Below the pieces are notes generated by a model that was not told the origin of the DNA, did no database searches, and saw only the letters and a list, made by a program, of their open reading frames with translations. 64,000 nt of DNA from Octopus vulgaris (Eukaryota): assembly GCA_951406725.2 (NCBI GenBank), contig OX597814.1, forward strand, positions 223,758,001 through 223,822,000. The letters run 5' to 3'. Shown piece after piece: positions 1 through 12,377 of the stretch. Position 1 is the stretch's first letter, and every line of letters starts with the position of its first letter. The translations under genes and the position numbers were made by a program.

Positions 1-19
1 TCACCGCAAATTCCCTTTG

Positions 20-400
20 CATAGGAACGCCTATTCACAATCAAATATTTGAGAAAACTAACTACACTTCATTATCACAACACATATGGCACCTCAAAGG
101 CGGATGAGACAACAAATCCATCGTAGAATAGAGTATTGACAAGAAACGAAAGCGTTACAAAGGACATGGCAGCAGTTGCAGATTATGCTGAACTAAAAAA
201 GTTTCAAGTGCTAACAACACGTTTAATATTCTGAATAATGAAGCAGGATTTTTTCTGCATTCGTTTCCACATAAAGATATTGTCTCGAATCGTTTAAACA
301 TATCATTATAGCAGTCACATTTGAATAAGTAACCAAGTATACAGCGAAGTTAAAATCTGAATGTTTGCAAAGTGACACAGAAAATCATCTACTTTTGCGA
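20..400 (+). pseudogene. Decayed Penelope-like element, C-terminal GIY-YIG-associated region
   Basis: Manual translation from ~38: HNQIFEKTNYTSLSQHIWHLKGG*DNKSIVE*SIDKKRKRYKGHGSSCRLC*TKK, matching the PLE pattern T.LS.HIW.LK...W.I...C.LC..EK; contains stops. Confidence 0.6.
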
Positions 401-604
401 TGTCAAACAAATGGTTTTACAGTGATTTCCACGAACAATTATTAATATCGTTTACATTGTGCATTATCTCCCGCTGTAGGGGATCCAACTTTTCTTCCCT
501 GTTTTGATTATATTTCACAAGCAATAAATTCTATATTTTAAAAAAATGTAAAAACTGCATTATATTACAAATTACCCCTCCATTAAACAGACATACAGAC
601 AGAC

Positions 605-650
<46 letters not shown>

Positions 651-777
651 TGAGAGAGAGATAAATACAGTGAGACACAGAAAGAGAGATTGACTTAGAT
701 AATTGTATTATATATATATATATGCATATAAATATGTGTGTGTGCGTATGTCTGTGTGTGTGGAGAGAGAGAGAGAG

Positions 778-1015
778 ATGCGTGGCGTAGTGGTTAGTGT
801 GCTGGCCTCATGATCGTAAGGCTGCGGTTTCGATTCCTGGACCAGGCGATGCATTATATTCTTGAGCAAAACATGTCATTTCACATTGCCCCAGTCCACT
901 CATCTGGCAAAAATGAGTAATCCTGCGATCGACCGGTGTCCCGTCCAGATAGGGGACGGGACACAAAAAGCGGGAAGCCGGCACTATGAGACTATATTAC
1001 TCACGAGGAAGCTTT
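778..1015 (+). mobile_element. tRNA-derived SINE (family B), degenerate
   Basis: A box TGGCGTAGTGG, B box GTTTCGATTCC, central TTCTTGAGCAAAACA...CCAGTCCACTCA..TGGCAAAAATGAGTA also present in the copies at 13375 and 49872. Confidence 0.85.
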
Positions 1016-1200
1016 AATACTTGATATTGATAGATAGATAGATAAATAAATAGATAGAGAGAGAGAGAGAGAGAGAAACAGAGTAATAGATACCGCGAAA
1101 TATCTATATTTATATGTATGTATGTATATATGTATGTATGCATATACACATCTATGAATGTAAACATATATATATATACCTAAATTTATAGATATATATC

Positions 1201-1237
<37 letters not shown>

Positions 1238-1241
<4 letters not shown>

Positions 1242-3509
1242 CTATCGCAACATGTTGAATATCCGACAAGGCATCGGTCTGTGCAGCAGCCATCTATGCT
1301 AGATCTGGTATTCTCCCGCTATCCAAGATCAGTGTCAGACGTATCTGTGTGCGCCCCTCTTGCCAAGAGTGATCATGCGGTCCTGAAGTTCGTCATGCAC
1401 ACAACTTTTTCCACGCCCACGATTACTTCGCTGCCACGTAGAGTCTTCTCTGCAATTAATCTTGAAATTCTAACCGAGGCTTCCGCGCTTCTGGACTGGC
1501 GATCCCTGATGACGTTGTCCTCAGTTGACGAACTATGGTCATCCCTCAAAGCATATGTAATCTGTTTGACTGACCAGGCAGTTCCCGTTGGGCTTCCCAA
1601 GAGAAAGAAACACAAGCCCTGGGTGACGAAGAAGGTTAAACGAGAACGTCGACTCAGAGATATTGCTTGGGCTGAATTCAAAAATCTGGATTCGACTGCA
1701 GCTTTTGAGGTGTACAAAACTCAACGAGAGCGAGCCGTGAAAATTGAAAAGAAAGAACGCTTCAGTTATGAATACAAAATCGCGGCAAATGCCAGTAGCA
1801 ATCCAAAAACCTTCTTTGCCCATGTCCAGCGGAATTCCCGCTTGAACAACCAGATTGCAACGTTGGTAGACTCAACAGGCGTATCGATTGAGGACCCTTA
1901 TCAACAGAGTCAATTATTTGCCGAGGCTTTTTCAACTATTTTCAAACAAGATGATGGTCGTGAACCCCCTCCATTTGATAGATCGGTACCTCCAATGCTT
2001 CGATTGATCATCACGCGGGACGAAGTCAAACGTGTTATTCAAGGCCTCGATGTCAACAAGGGTCACGGCCCTGACGGCATACACCCACGGGTTATCAAAG
2101 CGTTGGCTCCGGTCATCTGCGAGCCCTTAACACGACTATTCAATATGTCATTGGCGACGGGTGTTATACCTGCAGACTGGAGAACAGCGATAATCTGCCC
2201 AATTTTCAAGAAAGGGAGCCGCGAAGACCCGCTTAACTACCGACCGGTTTCCCTTACATCAATAATCAGCAAGATGTTCGAAACCATCCTTAAGAAAAGT
2301 ATGATGCTCCACCTCCTAAACACAGCCTCGATCACTGATTCCCAACACGGCTTCGTGCCGAAGAGATCATGCTTGACCAACTTACTAGTAATGGAAGAAT
2401 TGGTGACGCGCATCCTCGATGATAGTGATGCTGTTGACATCGTTTTATTAGACTTTGCCAAAGCTTTTGACTCGGTAAACCACCGCCTACTACTTGTCAA
2501 GCTTCAAGCATATAGTTTCCATCCGGATATTGTACGATGGGTTGGTGTCTTCCTCTCAGATCGCTCCTTCCAAGTTCAAGTTAATGGTTCGCGGTCCGAC
2601 GTCTCCAGTGCGAGCAGTGGCGTGCCTCAAGGTTCAGTGCTTGGGCCCTTGTTGTTCTTAGTCTTCATAAATGACTTGCCCGACGACCTCACGCAACACA
2701 CCCTTCTATTTGCCGACGATATCAAACTGGTCGCTCCTCGCGGTAGTATAGAGGATCTTCGTCGATGCCTCCACCAAATTTGGAAGTGGTCTAACGATTT
2801 GGACCTATGTCTGAACGTGTCAAAGTGCTGTCATCTGCCTGTCGGCTCTACTCCTGCAACTCAACTTGATTTCGAGCCGGGTCGTCTGCTGCTGGAGAGG
2901 ACCGATCAGGTAAAGGACCTGGGTATCTTGGTGGATTCCTCCTTTTCGCCTTCGGCCCAGTGCGTCCATGCTGCCAACAAAGCGCGCGGAATTCTGTTTT
3001 TGATTCGACGGCCATTCGGAATGCTCACAGCAGCCATATTCCTGCCACTCTATGTCACGCTGGTGAGACCCATATTGGAGTATGGGATTCAAGCCTCTTC
3101 TCCTTATCTCCTCAAAGACATACAGCATCTCGAAAGAGTCCAGAGGCTGGCTACCCGCATGGTTCATGGTCTCAAAAATTTGTCCTACGAAGAAAGGCTG
3201 GGGACGCTCGACCTTTGTTCTCTTGAAAAACGCCGCCGCCGTGGTGATCTCATTCTCGCCCACAACATCATAAGCGGGAAGTGTAACCTCTCGAAAGAGC
3301 TGTTCTTCACTCCTGCTCCGGAGCGTCGGCTGCGGGGTCATTCCGAAAAGCTCTACCTGCGACGATTTCATCTCAATCGAAGGAGAGGAGCTTTCTCCGT
3401 CCGGGTTGCGGATCCGTGGAACAAGCTGCCAGTCGAGATGGTGAAGATGCCGACGACCGCTTTGTTCAAAGCCTCCCTGGACCTCAAGTGGCCTGAACTC
3501 TTTACATGA
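1238..3509 (+). CDS. LINE ORF2 fragment: end of APE endonuclease plus reverse transcriptase; no genuine start codon
   Basis: LDLVF and SDH (APE C-terminus), GPDGIHP, NYRPVSLTS, QHGF, LDFAKAFDSV, GVPQGSVLGPLLF, FADD, DLGI, LERVQR, RGH..KL, WNKLP; no stops. The MYIYIY N-terminus in the ORF track is microsatellite. Confidence 0.92.
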
Positions 3510-3593
3510 TCACTACCCTGTACTTAACTCCATGTCCCCCTACATGGCCTTGCTATTTGCTTTTGAGCCAAATTAACTAACTAACTAACTAAC
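1238..3593 (+). mobile_element. CR1-like non-LTR retrotransposon, 5'-truncated, (TAAC)n tail, inserted in (TA)n
   Basis: Begins right after a (TA)n tract, ORF runs to 3509, short 3' UTR, (TAAC)5 at 3574-3593, then TA resumes. Confidence 0.93.
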
Positions 3594-3612
3594 ATATATA
3601 GCAGATACATTA

Positions 3613-3792
3613 CCAAGCCGGGCGAAACGCCTATTGGTATTTCGTCTGTTTTTACGTTCTGATTTCAAATTCTGCCGAGGTCGACTTTGCCTTTCATCCT
3701 TTCGGGGTCGATAAATTAAGTACCAGTTGCGTGCTGATCAACTGGCCTCCTCCCCCAAAATTTCGGGCCTTGTGCCTAGAGTAGAACAGAAT
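3613..3792 (+). mobile_element. SINE fragment with Nin/Deu-like conserved domain
   Basis: GCCGAGGTCGACTTTGCCTTTCATCCTTTCGGGGTCGATAAATTAAGTACCAG; reverse-complement relatives at 32712, 42392 and 63315-64000. Confidence 0.75.
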
Positions 3793-3845
<53 letters not shown>

Positions 3846-4657
3846 CTAAAGTGTAGAGATTCTCTGTTGTTCATGTTATTTTCTACTGCGAGCGCTGCAC
3901 TAGGATCTGGAATCTCGGATTGACCAAAATTGTGATTGAAATTTAGTACACGTAAAGTGTTCAAAGTCTGTCGAGTAAATGTTCATATAAGTGTGTGTAT
4001 GTGAGAGAGTGTATATGAGAGTGTGCATGTGTGTGTATGACCCTGTGACTTTATTCTGAGTCCCTATATATTCTGTAACTTAGTGGATCGAAAAATATGT
4101 GGAGTTAAAGTAAGTACTAGACTGAAATAATTATTGTGGTGAGATGATACATAATCTCTTGAAAGCCAGCAAAGCCTCAGTCCAACGACTAGAAGCAGAA
4201 TTAAAATAACAGGCTTGCATATATAGGAGCGTGTATTTGTATATACACAAGCTTATAAACACAAACATAATACTTTACATGTGTGTGTATGTATACACAC
4301 AAATATATATACAGGTACATAAATATATATATACACACACACACTTAAATACGCTGCTGAGTTTGACATCACATAATGCAAGTGGAAATCTATTAATTTA
4401 CTTTCTGCCTTTGTGTTCTTGGCAAATAAATATTGAAATATAATTTAATCGAAGATAAAATTGAAGTCATTGATGTAAAGTGGAATGTGTACAGAGCCGA
4501 CATTCACGTATATGAATACCAGTGTATGTGAGCGTTGCTGTATGAAGTATGCAAGCTTTTTCACTTTGTATATTCAGTGTGCCTTCGTGTGGGTCTACTT
4601 ATAATTACGTAGCTCTGTACATATGTAAGTGCGTATATATGTATGTATGTATATATG

Positions 4658-4708
<51 letters not shown>

Positions 4709-6227
4709 GATCTAAAATTTTCATTCATTTATCTTATGTAGCTAACATTGATCTCGTGATAACATTTAACTATATACGATTCTGTTGAAAGTAGCTCAAC
4801 ATAAGATATTTGAATAAGTATTTCTAGACTACGTATATTAGCCAAATTTCGACACGAATATAAATCATTCTCTGATTCTTCCAATCTTCAAAGAACGAGT
4901 TTACAACAAAGTAATTTCATGCGAATTCTATATTCATTCAATATGGATATTTTGGATGTTTTTGTTGAATTTTTGTTTGTGTTTTTGTGTGTGTTTGTGC
5001 TAATAGAAGAAAATTCTTAAAACGAAAATATTAATTTTTTTCGTTTCTGAAATATTTTATTGTCAATATAATTGATTTCCGCATTTATATCAGCAAACAA
5101 AGTATAATCATTATGTTCGTGGTTTTATTATTGATTCGTGCTTTTCTCTATATAACCAAGCGTGTCTTTACGTGCTTTTGATATGAGCAGTTTGTGTTTA
5201 CTGGATGGATAATATTGTGTGTTAGATCATTGCTTTGTAGTGGCTGTATGTTCAATGATGTACGTGTTTATAAACCTTGAATCTTAATTACACATTTATA
5301 TGGATTTCTTTGTAACTTATTATTGTGGCTGTTGTTTTGTTTTTAATCCCTAGATTGTAATATCTGTATACTTATATAATTTTTTCCATTTTTATGTAAA
5401 CATATTAATATTGAAATAGCAAACAAGAAATATTATTTTTCCCGTGAACTTCGACAACGCTGCATAAAATATTTACGTGTTATTGCTTTGATAACCTATG
5501 TAGATAGGTGCAATTTTTAGTGGTTGTATATTATATATGCTGTCATTGTGCTTAAATCCTTCGATCTTACTGATATGTAATATATGCATATAATACATAC
5601 ATTTATCTTTTGTAGTAAATGTTATCAGAAGTTATTATATTGTCATTAGCAACCTGTGTATCACAACACAATGTCATTTTACAATATTCTGCACGAAAAA
5701 CAACCAGGATTAATGTAAATCCTGTATAACTTATCGGTCTTCACATGATCTGTATTCGTTTTTTTAATTCATATTATTAATCATACGTTCTTGCTAGTCG
5801 GTAGCAGAGAAATTTACATTTAAGGAGTGTTATTCTATAATTTAGCCTGAATTTGCCCTTGCATACATGATAACAAATCTTAAAACTGGTTATGTTCGAG
5901 ACGTGAAACGATTAAGTTAGAGCAAATATGCGTTTAAATAAGGACTTTGCAATTACTAATGTAAAGATGACTATTAAAATAAATATTACTATGTGCAAAT
6001 GCAGTGGCAGGTTAGCTGTTATCTTCCCTCTTTGGTTATAACTTTATCAGAGAATTCCTTCTTGCTGATATGTGTACGACATTGATGTCGTTACACACAT
6101 CGTTAGATAAATACCACCATCTTTTTATCATTCTTAATGGACCTAATTCATCTAAATTCATAACAATTGTGTTGTTCGGGGCCAACAACGGCTAACCATC
6201 AAATGCATATATATAGATACATGCATG

Positions 6228-6345
6228 CATACATACATACATACATACATACATACATACATACATACATACATACATACATACATACATACATACATAC
6301 ATACATACATACATACATACATACATACATACATCATACATACAT
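6228..6345. repeat. (TACA)n microsatellite
   Basis: Directly visible. Confidence 0.97.
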
Positions 6346-6383
6346 ACACCGTTCCCAAAAAGAAATTTATATATATGTATGTG

Positions 6384-6655
6384 CAAAATTTAGAGGACTG
6401 ACCACTAAAAGTGGACAGCCTATCTGCTAAACGTAGACGTCAAATCGCCATTTACCACGAAGAATGTGTTCTCAAGAAACACATTCTTCCTGGTAATGGC
6501 GATTTCACGTCTATGTTTAGCACATAGGCTGTCCGCTTTTAGTGGTCAGTCCTCTAAATTTTGTATGTAAAAAAATTTCTTATCTTCGGATTTTTTAAAA
6601 CATGCTAAGCCACTGGTTTTAATTGATTAATATTGATATCTACCCTTATTTAATG

Positions 6656-6658
<3 letters not shown>
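6384..6658. mobile_element. Fold-back element: ~90-bp arms (6384-6563) plus single-copy tail
   Basis: AAAATTTAGAGGACTGACCACTAAAAG...CTTTTAGTGGTCAGTCCTCTAAATTTT; flanked by TA-rich tracts; second copy at 30091-30460. Confidence 0.8.
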
Positions 6659-6705
<47 letters not shown>

Positions 6706-6769
6706 TAGTACATCGGTTGACGAACGCCACTGATCACGAATAAATCGTGCTTTATATATATATATCTGA

Positions 6770-7095
6770 GACACCCCCTTAGGTCACGACACTGACCATG
6801 GGATTGCACCTAGAAAGTTACCCTCCCAGGCAGGGCAAGGTTGTTTATGGAAGACCAACAGTCGCCCATGCATACCGGCCTCCACTCCTCACGCCACCAG
6901 TGTTATCCAAGGGAAAGGCAAGGGTCGAAACAGCTTGGCACCTGTGACGTCGCAACTCATTTCTACAGCTGAGTGAACTGGAGTAATGTTAAATAAAGTG
7001 TCTTGTTCAAGAACACAACACGCAGCCCAGTCAGGGATTCGAGCTCACAACCTCACGATCGTAAACTCGATGCTCTAACCACTGGGCCATGCGCC
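6770..7095 (-). mobile_element. tRNA-derived SINE
   Basis: Reverse complement starts GGCGCATGGCCCAGTGGTTAGAGCATCG...GCTCGAATCCC, then TTCTTGAACAAGACACTTT core. Confidence 0.85.
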
Positions 7096-7337
7096 TGATA
7101 TATATATGTGTGTGTGTGTGTGAATGTGTGTGTGTGTGAATGTGTGTGTGTGTGTGTGTATACATTCATACATAAAGCACGATTTATTTGTGACCAGAGT
7201 AGTTCGAAAACCGAGGTACTTCTGTATATATATGTATGTGTTGTATATATATATATATATGTAAATATATGTATATATGTAAATATATATATATGTATAT
7301 ATATGTATATATGTATATGTATATATATGTATATATG

Positions 7338-7378
<41 letters not shown>

Positions 7379-7379
7379 G

Positions 7380-7436
<57 letters not shown>

Positions 7437-7446
7437 TATATATGTA

Positions 7447-7478
<32 letters not shown>

Positions 7479-7574
7479 GCAAATATATGTATATATGTAA
7501 ATATATGTATATATATATATATATACACATAACATTTGATATATATAGGTGCAGGAGCGGCTGTCTGGTAAGTT

Positions 7575-7726
7575 GGTGGTGTACAAAACAAACAGATGTA
7601 TTAGTATAACGCTCAGGAATAGAAAAAGTCTTTTACGTTTCGAGCATACGCTCTTCTACAGAAAGGTACACAGAAAAAACAAGGAGAGAAAAAAACGTGT
7701 AGTGGCTAACGATCTATAATGGCGAT

Positions 7727-7727
<1 letters not shown>
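7575..7727 (-). mobile_element. Short hammerhead-bearing element (family H3)
   Basis: Homologous to 14868-15055 (-) and 54540-54720 (+); abuts (TA)n. Confidence 0.75.
7630..7665 (-). ncRNA. Hammerhead-like motif with variant core CUGUAGA
   Basis: Revcomp: CTTT CTGTAGA A GAGC GTAT GCTC GAAA CG TA AAAG; stems I and II pair. Confidence 0.55.
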
Positions 7728-7786
<59 letters not shown>

Positions 7787-7854
7787 ACACATATATACAT
7801 ATGTATGTATATATGTGTTTGTGTGTTTGTGTGTGTATGTATGTCTGTGTGTAT

Positions 7855-8055
7855 GCGTTTGTCCCCCCACCATCGCTTCACAACCGATATTGGTGTGTTT
7901 ACGTCCCCGAAACTTAGCAGTTCGGCAAAAAGAGACCGATAGAATAAGTACTAGGCTTGCAAAGAATAAGTCCTGGAGTTGATTTGTTCATCCAAAGGTG
8001 GTGCTCAAACATGGCCGCAGTCAAATGACTGAAACCAATAAATGAATAAAAGAAT
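7855..8055 (+). mobile_element. SINE family A, 3' half (head stub at 7548-7574)
   Basis: GAGACCGATAGAATAAGTAC...GGTGCTCAAACATGGCCGCAGTCAAATGACTGAAAC; many copies in the window. Confidence 0.85.
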
Positions 8056-8070
8056 ATAATATATAAATAC

Positions 8071-9594
8071 AAACTTCCAAGAAAACTGAAGGAAGGTAAA
8101 ATATGCCCTATTCATAAAGGAGGTAGCAGAGCGGAGGCCAAGAACTATAGACCTATCTCTCTGACCTCACACATCAGCAAGGTCATGGAACGAATAGTCA
8201 GAAGGAAACTAATCACCTTCCTTGAAGAAAATGACTTACTGCCTGACACCCAACATGGTTTCCGACCAGGAAGAAGCTGCTTAACTCAGCTCCTGCAGCA
8301 CTATGACTGGGTGCTGAAACAACTGCTCAACTACTCAAATGTGGAAGTCATATATCTCGACTTCGCAAAGGCCTTCGATAAAGTCGATCATGGAATGATA
8401 TGTCACAAACTGCGTGATCTCAACATAGTTGGAAAACTAGGAGAATGGCTTCATGACTTTCTGAAGAATAGAAGTCAGGTGGTAGCAGCCAATGGGGCCA
8501 CTTCCATTAGCACGCAAATAGTGAGCGGTGTTCCGCAGGGCACTGTTTTGGGACCACTACTGTTCATAATGGCCCTCTCAGACATGCCCTCAGCCACGCA
8601 GAGAGCCACGATCACAAGTTATGCAGATGATACAAAAGTTTCACAGGCAATACAGAACCCTGAAGACACTAAGCACCTGCAATGTGAGCTGGACGAAATA
8701 TACAAGTGGGCTGAAAAGAATAGCATGCAGTTCAATGCTGAAAAGTTTCAAGCTTTATACTATCAGCATGCAAAACTGAATGCAATACCCAATGAATACA
8801 CTGGACCTGGGGCACAATATTGGGTATTCACATGAGTGATGACGCGACCTTTCATGTACATGTTGCTAAACTGACAATGAAATGTAGACGGCTGGCTGGA
8901 TGGATTCTTAGAACCTTTAGAACAAGAGAACAAGAAACCATGATGGTCCTCTGGAAGACACTTGTCCTAAGCCACTTTGACTATTGCTCTCAGCTATGGT
9001 CACCATCCAGTGTCAAGTTGATCACAGAACTTGAGGCGATCCAACGAAGCTACACGAAGAAGATAGCCTCTGTGCAGCATATGAGCTACTGGGAGAGACT
9101 CAAGAGATTAAAGCTCTATTCCCTGGAGCGTAGGCGAGAAAGATATGCCATAATATATATCTGGAAGATCCTGGAAGGTCTTGTCCCAGACTTTGGCATC
9201 GAGAGTCACAAAAATGCCAGAACCGGACGCCACTGCGTAGTACCAAGGACTCCAAATTTGCCGTCAAGATGTAGGACAAGATATTGTGATAACCTGGGCT
9301 TCAGAGGCCCACGGCTCTTCAATATCCTCCCGAAGAACCTGAGGGACCTGCATGGTGTAGATGCGGATGTCTTTAAAGTAGGACTGGATCTCTTCCTGTC
9401 AGGTGTCCCGGATGAACCAACTTCACGGCAGGAGGTGCAGATGAGGGCAGCTGCATCGAACTCTCTCATGCATCAGATGGCGTTTGCTAAAAAGCATCCG
9501 TGAGGTAAAACCGTGTAGCAAACCAAATGGCGGTGCCCCAGCATGGCCACAGCTCATTAGCTGAAACTGGAAAAATCAAAATCAAATCAAATCA
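8071..9594 (+). mobile_element. CR1/L2-group LINE, 5'-truncated, one frameshift/deletion near 8820, (TCAAA)n tail
   Basis: ICPIHKGG, NYRPISLTS, QHGFRPGRSC, YLDFAKAFDKV, GVPQGTVLGPLLF, YADD (ORF 8185-8835), continuing in ORF 8820-9503 (SLERRRERY, GPRLFNILP). Confidence 0.92.
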
Positions 9595-9621
9595 TATGTA
9601 TATATGTATACACATACATAT

Positions 9622-9669
<48 letters not shown>

Positions 9670-10691
9670 CACCCAAATACATATGTATGCATCACATCTG
9701 TAAATAAAAGTACGTTTAGACTTATATTCTCACATGCGACTACCTGCATGCACACAACCAACAATTTCAGCGACGACATATTTTGTTTTCTGTTTCCAAT
9801 GTCTACATTCTGGTTACCTCTGTTTCTAAATCGATCTTAGAATGAGTTCTTAGAAGACATCATTAACCTACTGGGGAACATTATCTTAATCTTTATAGCT
9901 TTGTCATTTTCACTTACTCGTAATTATCACTATTATATTATATTCATTCATTTTTTTTTATTAATTATGCATTTTCTATTTAATTTTTAAGGGTCAACCA
10001 TTTGTGTGGCAAATAGAAACCATGTAAGCAAGTAGGTATTCACAGGTATTTTCAAGGCATTTTGTGTAATCGTGAATGAGTAAACATATCTTATCTTAGA
10101 TTTCAATCCATAGCCATGCGCATATATGGAGTTTAAATGCATATCATCTGTGCGTATATGTATGTGTTTGAACACATGGATATACAGCTGTACCTCTTTG
10201 TACGCTTACGTATACCATCTTTTTATGTATCCGTATATGTATTATTATTTAGGCGTGTATACATATAGGTATATAAATGTATGGGTATGTGATATGATGT
10301 GTGTCAGAATAGATATGTATGTCAATACGTGCATTCGTCTTACTGAGAGAAAAGATTTTGCGTATGTGTTTCTATAGAAATAATACATGTAGGTATAGAA
10401 ATATATAATATAAATAATATATAAATATATGAATATATGCATACATATATGTACATACCTACATACATATGTATATATACATGCATATATGGGTACAGGA
10501 CATCAAAAAAAAACATTGAACACAAGAAACGAAAACTTAAAAACAAAAACATAGAAACGAACTTTTTTCGAACAACGAAAAAACAAACTGAAACGAGACA
10601 TGCAACGTAAAGAATATTCCCCTTCTTCAGTCGTCCCTGTTTCAACTACTCCGCGTAACGAAGGCAATATATGCGCGTGCATGCGTATATG

Positions 10692-10735
<44 letters not shown>

Positions 10736-11489
10736 CATGTATATACCCGTACATTTGTACATGCATATATATGTCAAACCATTTCTTTACATACGTATGT
10801 ATGTGTACAGTGATGCTTCGATATACAAGTTAATTTGTCCCCAGGGACCGCTCGTAAAGCGAAATTTCCCATAGAGCAATTATTTCCCATAGTAGCAATG
10901 CTATAAATCGTAAGTCGTTTCCAGAAAAACATTTTACCTATAAAATTTATAATACTAGTAAATAAATGGCAATAAAACAATAGGAGAATATAAAGAATAA
11001 TTTACGTAAAGTACAGAGAATGTCAAGATCATTTATAATAAAAAATATTATTATTATTATTATTATCGTTTTATGATGGTGGCGGGATAGTGATGATGAT
11101 GATGATATTGTTGTTTAGTCTCAATTCAGATCTGTCTGCGAAGAACCTATGAACAAGCGTATTCCTGTTGTGACCATCTTCTGAATTTTGCTATAGGACA
11201 ACACTGCTGAATATTGGGATATGAGTTGAGGAAGATTTGGTGGCTTATTCGAGTAGACAACAGACAACGTAGATGCTTTCTCAATGGTTGGAGATGGAAT
11301 TTATTATATAAACAAAATATATTGCAAAAACAAGTGAGGCATACAAAAAGAATATATGAGTTTTGGCTATGCTTTTCCCCTAGTCATCTTTATATGGTTT
11401 ACATGCGTACGTGTGTGAGTATGTATATATATATACATACATATATACATATATATATATAATTATAGATATAGATAGATATACATGTA

Positions 11490-11527
<38 letters not shown>

Positions 11528-11759
11528 TAACTGGAGTTTTAGAACATATTGAATCCGGCACTTCTGTTGTTCTTATGTCTAATATTTATTCCACCGGTAA
11601 CTTTGCAAAGATACGAGGACGGAAACAAACCATCGGTTGTCCGGCAGTGGGGCACAAACACAATGAAACACATAAAGATAGAGACACACATACTTACACC
11701 CACCCACACATACATACACCCCCACACACACATGCATACACCCACACAAACATACATAC

Positions 11760-11790
<31 letters not shown>

Positions 11791-11922
11791 CACATATATA
11801 TATAAGAGATAATGGTGTCATTGAAACCCAAAAGTGTCAGGTAATGCTGAATAAGTTCTATAGACACTTTCTATTTTGTATCATATCTAAACTAACTATG
11901 ACTTAACTTTTCCTCTCACACC

Positions 11923-11974
11923 GTCTCCGATGAAGGGATATTATTAATAAATATCCTAGAAACAGCTGTAAGAC
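11923..11974 (+). ncRNA. Minimal type-I hammerhead ribozyme motif (CCGAUGA core)
   Basis: GTCT CCGATGA A GGGATATT ATTAATA AATATCCT A GAAA CAGCTG TA AGAC: stem I GTCT/AGAC, 8-bp stem II, palindromic stem III, GUA site. Confidence 0.75.
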
Positions 11975-12036
11975 ATATCTATAAATGCTGTAATATCTAT
12001 ACAGCCTTGGTTTTTTTATCTTATTACGCAAAAAAT

Positions 12037-12105
<69 letters not shown>

Positions 12106-12107
12106 TA

Positions 12108-12326
12108 GAGGCGCAATGGCCAGTGGTTAGGAGCGGACTCGCGGTCGCAGGATCGCGGTTTCGATTCTAGACCGGGCGTTGTGTGTGTTTATTGAGCGAA
12201 AACACCTAAAAGCTCTACGAGGCTCCGGCAGGGGTGGTGATCCTGCGTACTCTTTCACCACAATGGCGGTGCCCCAGCATGGCCACAGCTCAAGAGCTGA
12301 AACTGGAAAAAAAAAAAAAAAAAAAA
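12108..12326 (+). mobile_element. tRNA-derived SINE with LINE-derived 3' tail and poly(A)
   Basis: A/B boxes TGGCCAGTGG and GTTTCGATTC; 12262-12311 matches the LINE 3' end at 9526-9575. Confidence 0.9.
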
Positions 12327-12377
12327 TGTAATATCTATACAGCCTTGGTTTTTTTATCTTATTACGCAAAAAATTCT

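Noticed and set aside
1203-1237. N-terminus MYIYIY of the 768-aa ORF
   Set aside because: Translation of the (TA)n tract from a GTG codon; not part of the LINE protein.
2820-3371. 183-aa antisense ORF within the LINE
   Set aside because: Shadow frame of a GC-richer coding sequence; no motif.
10555-10636. Possible minus-strand hammerhead GACGA CTGAAGA...GAAA AAAG T TCGTT
   Set aside because: Stem I is plausible, but there is no convincing stem II closure or stem III.
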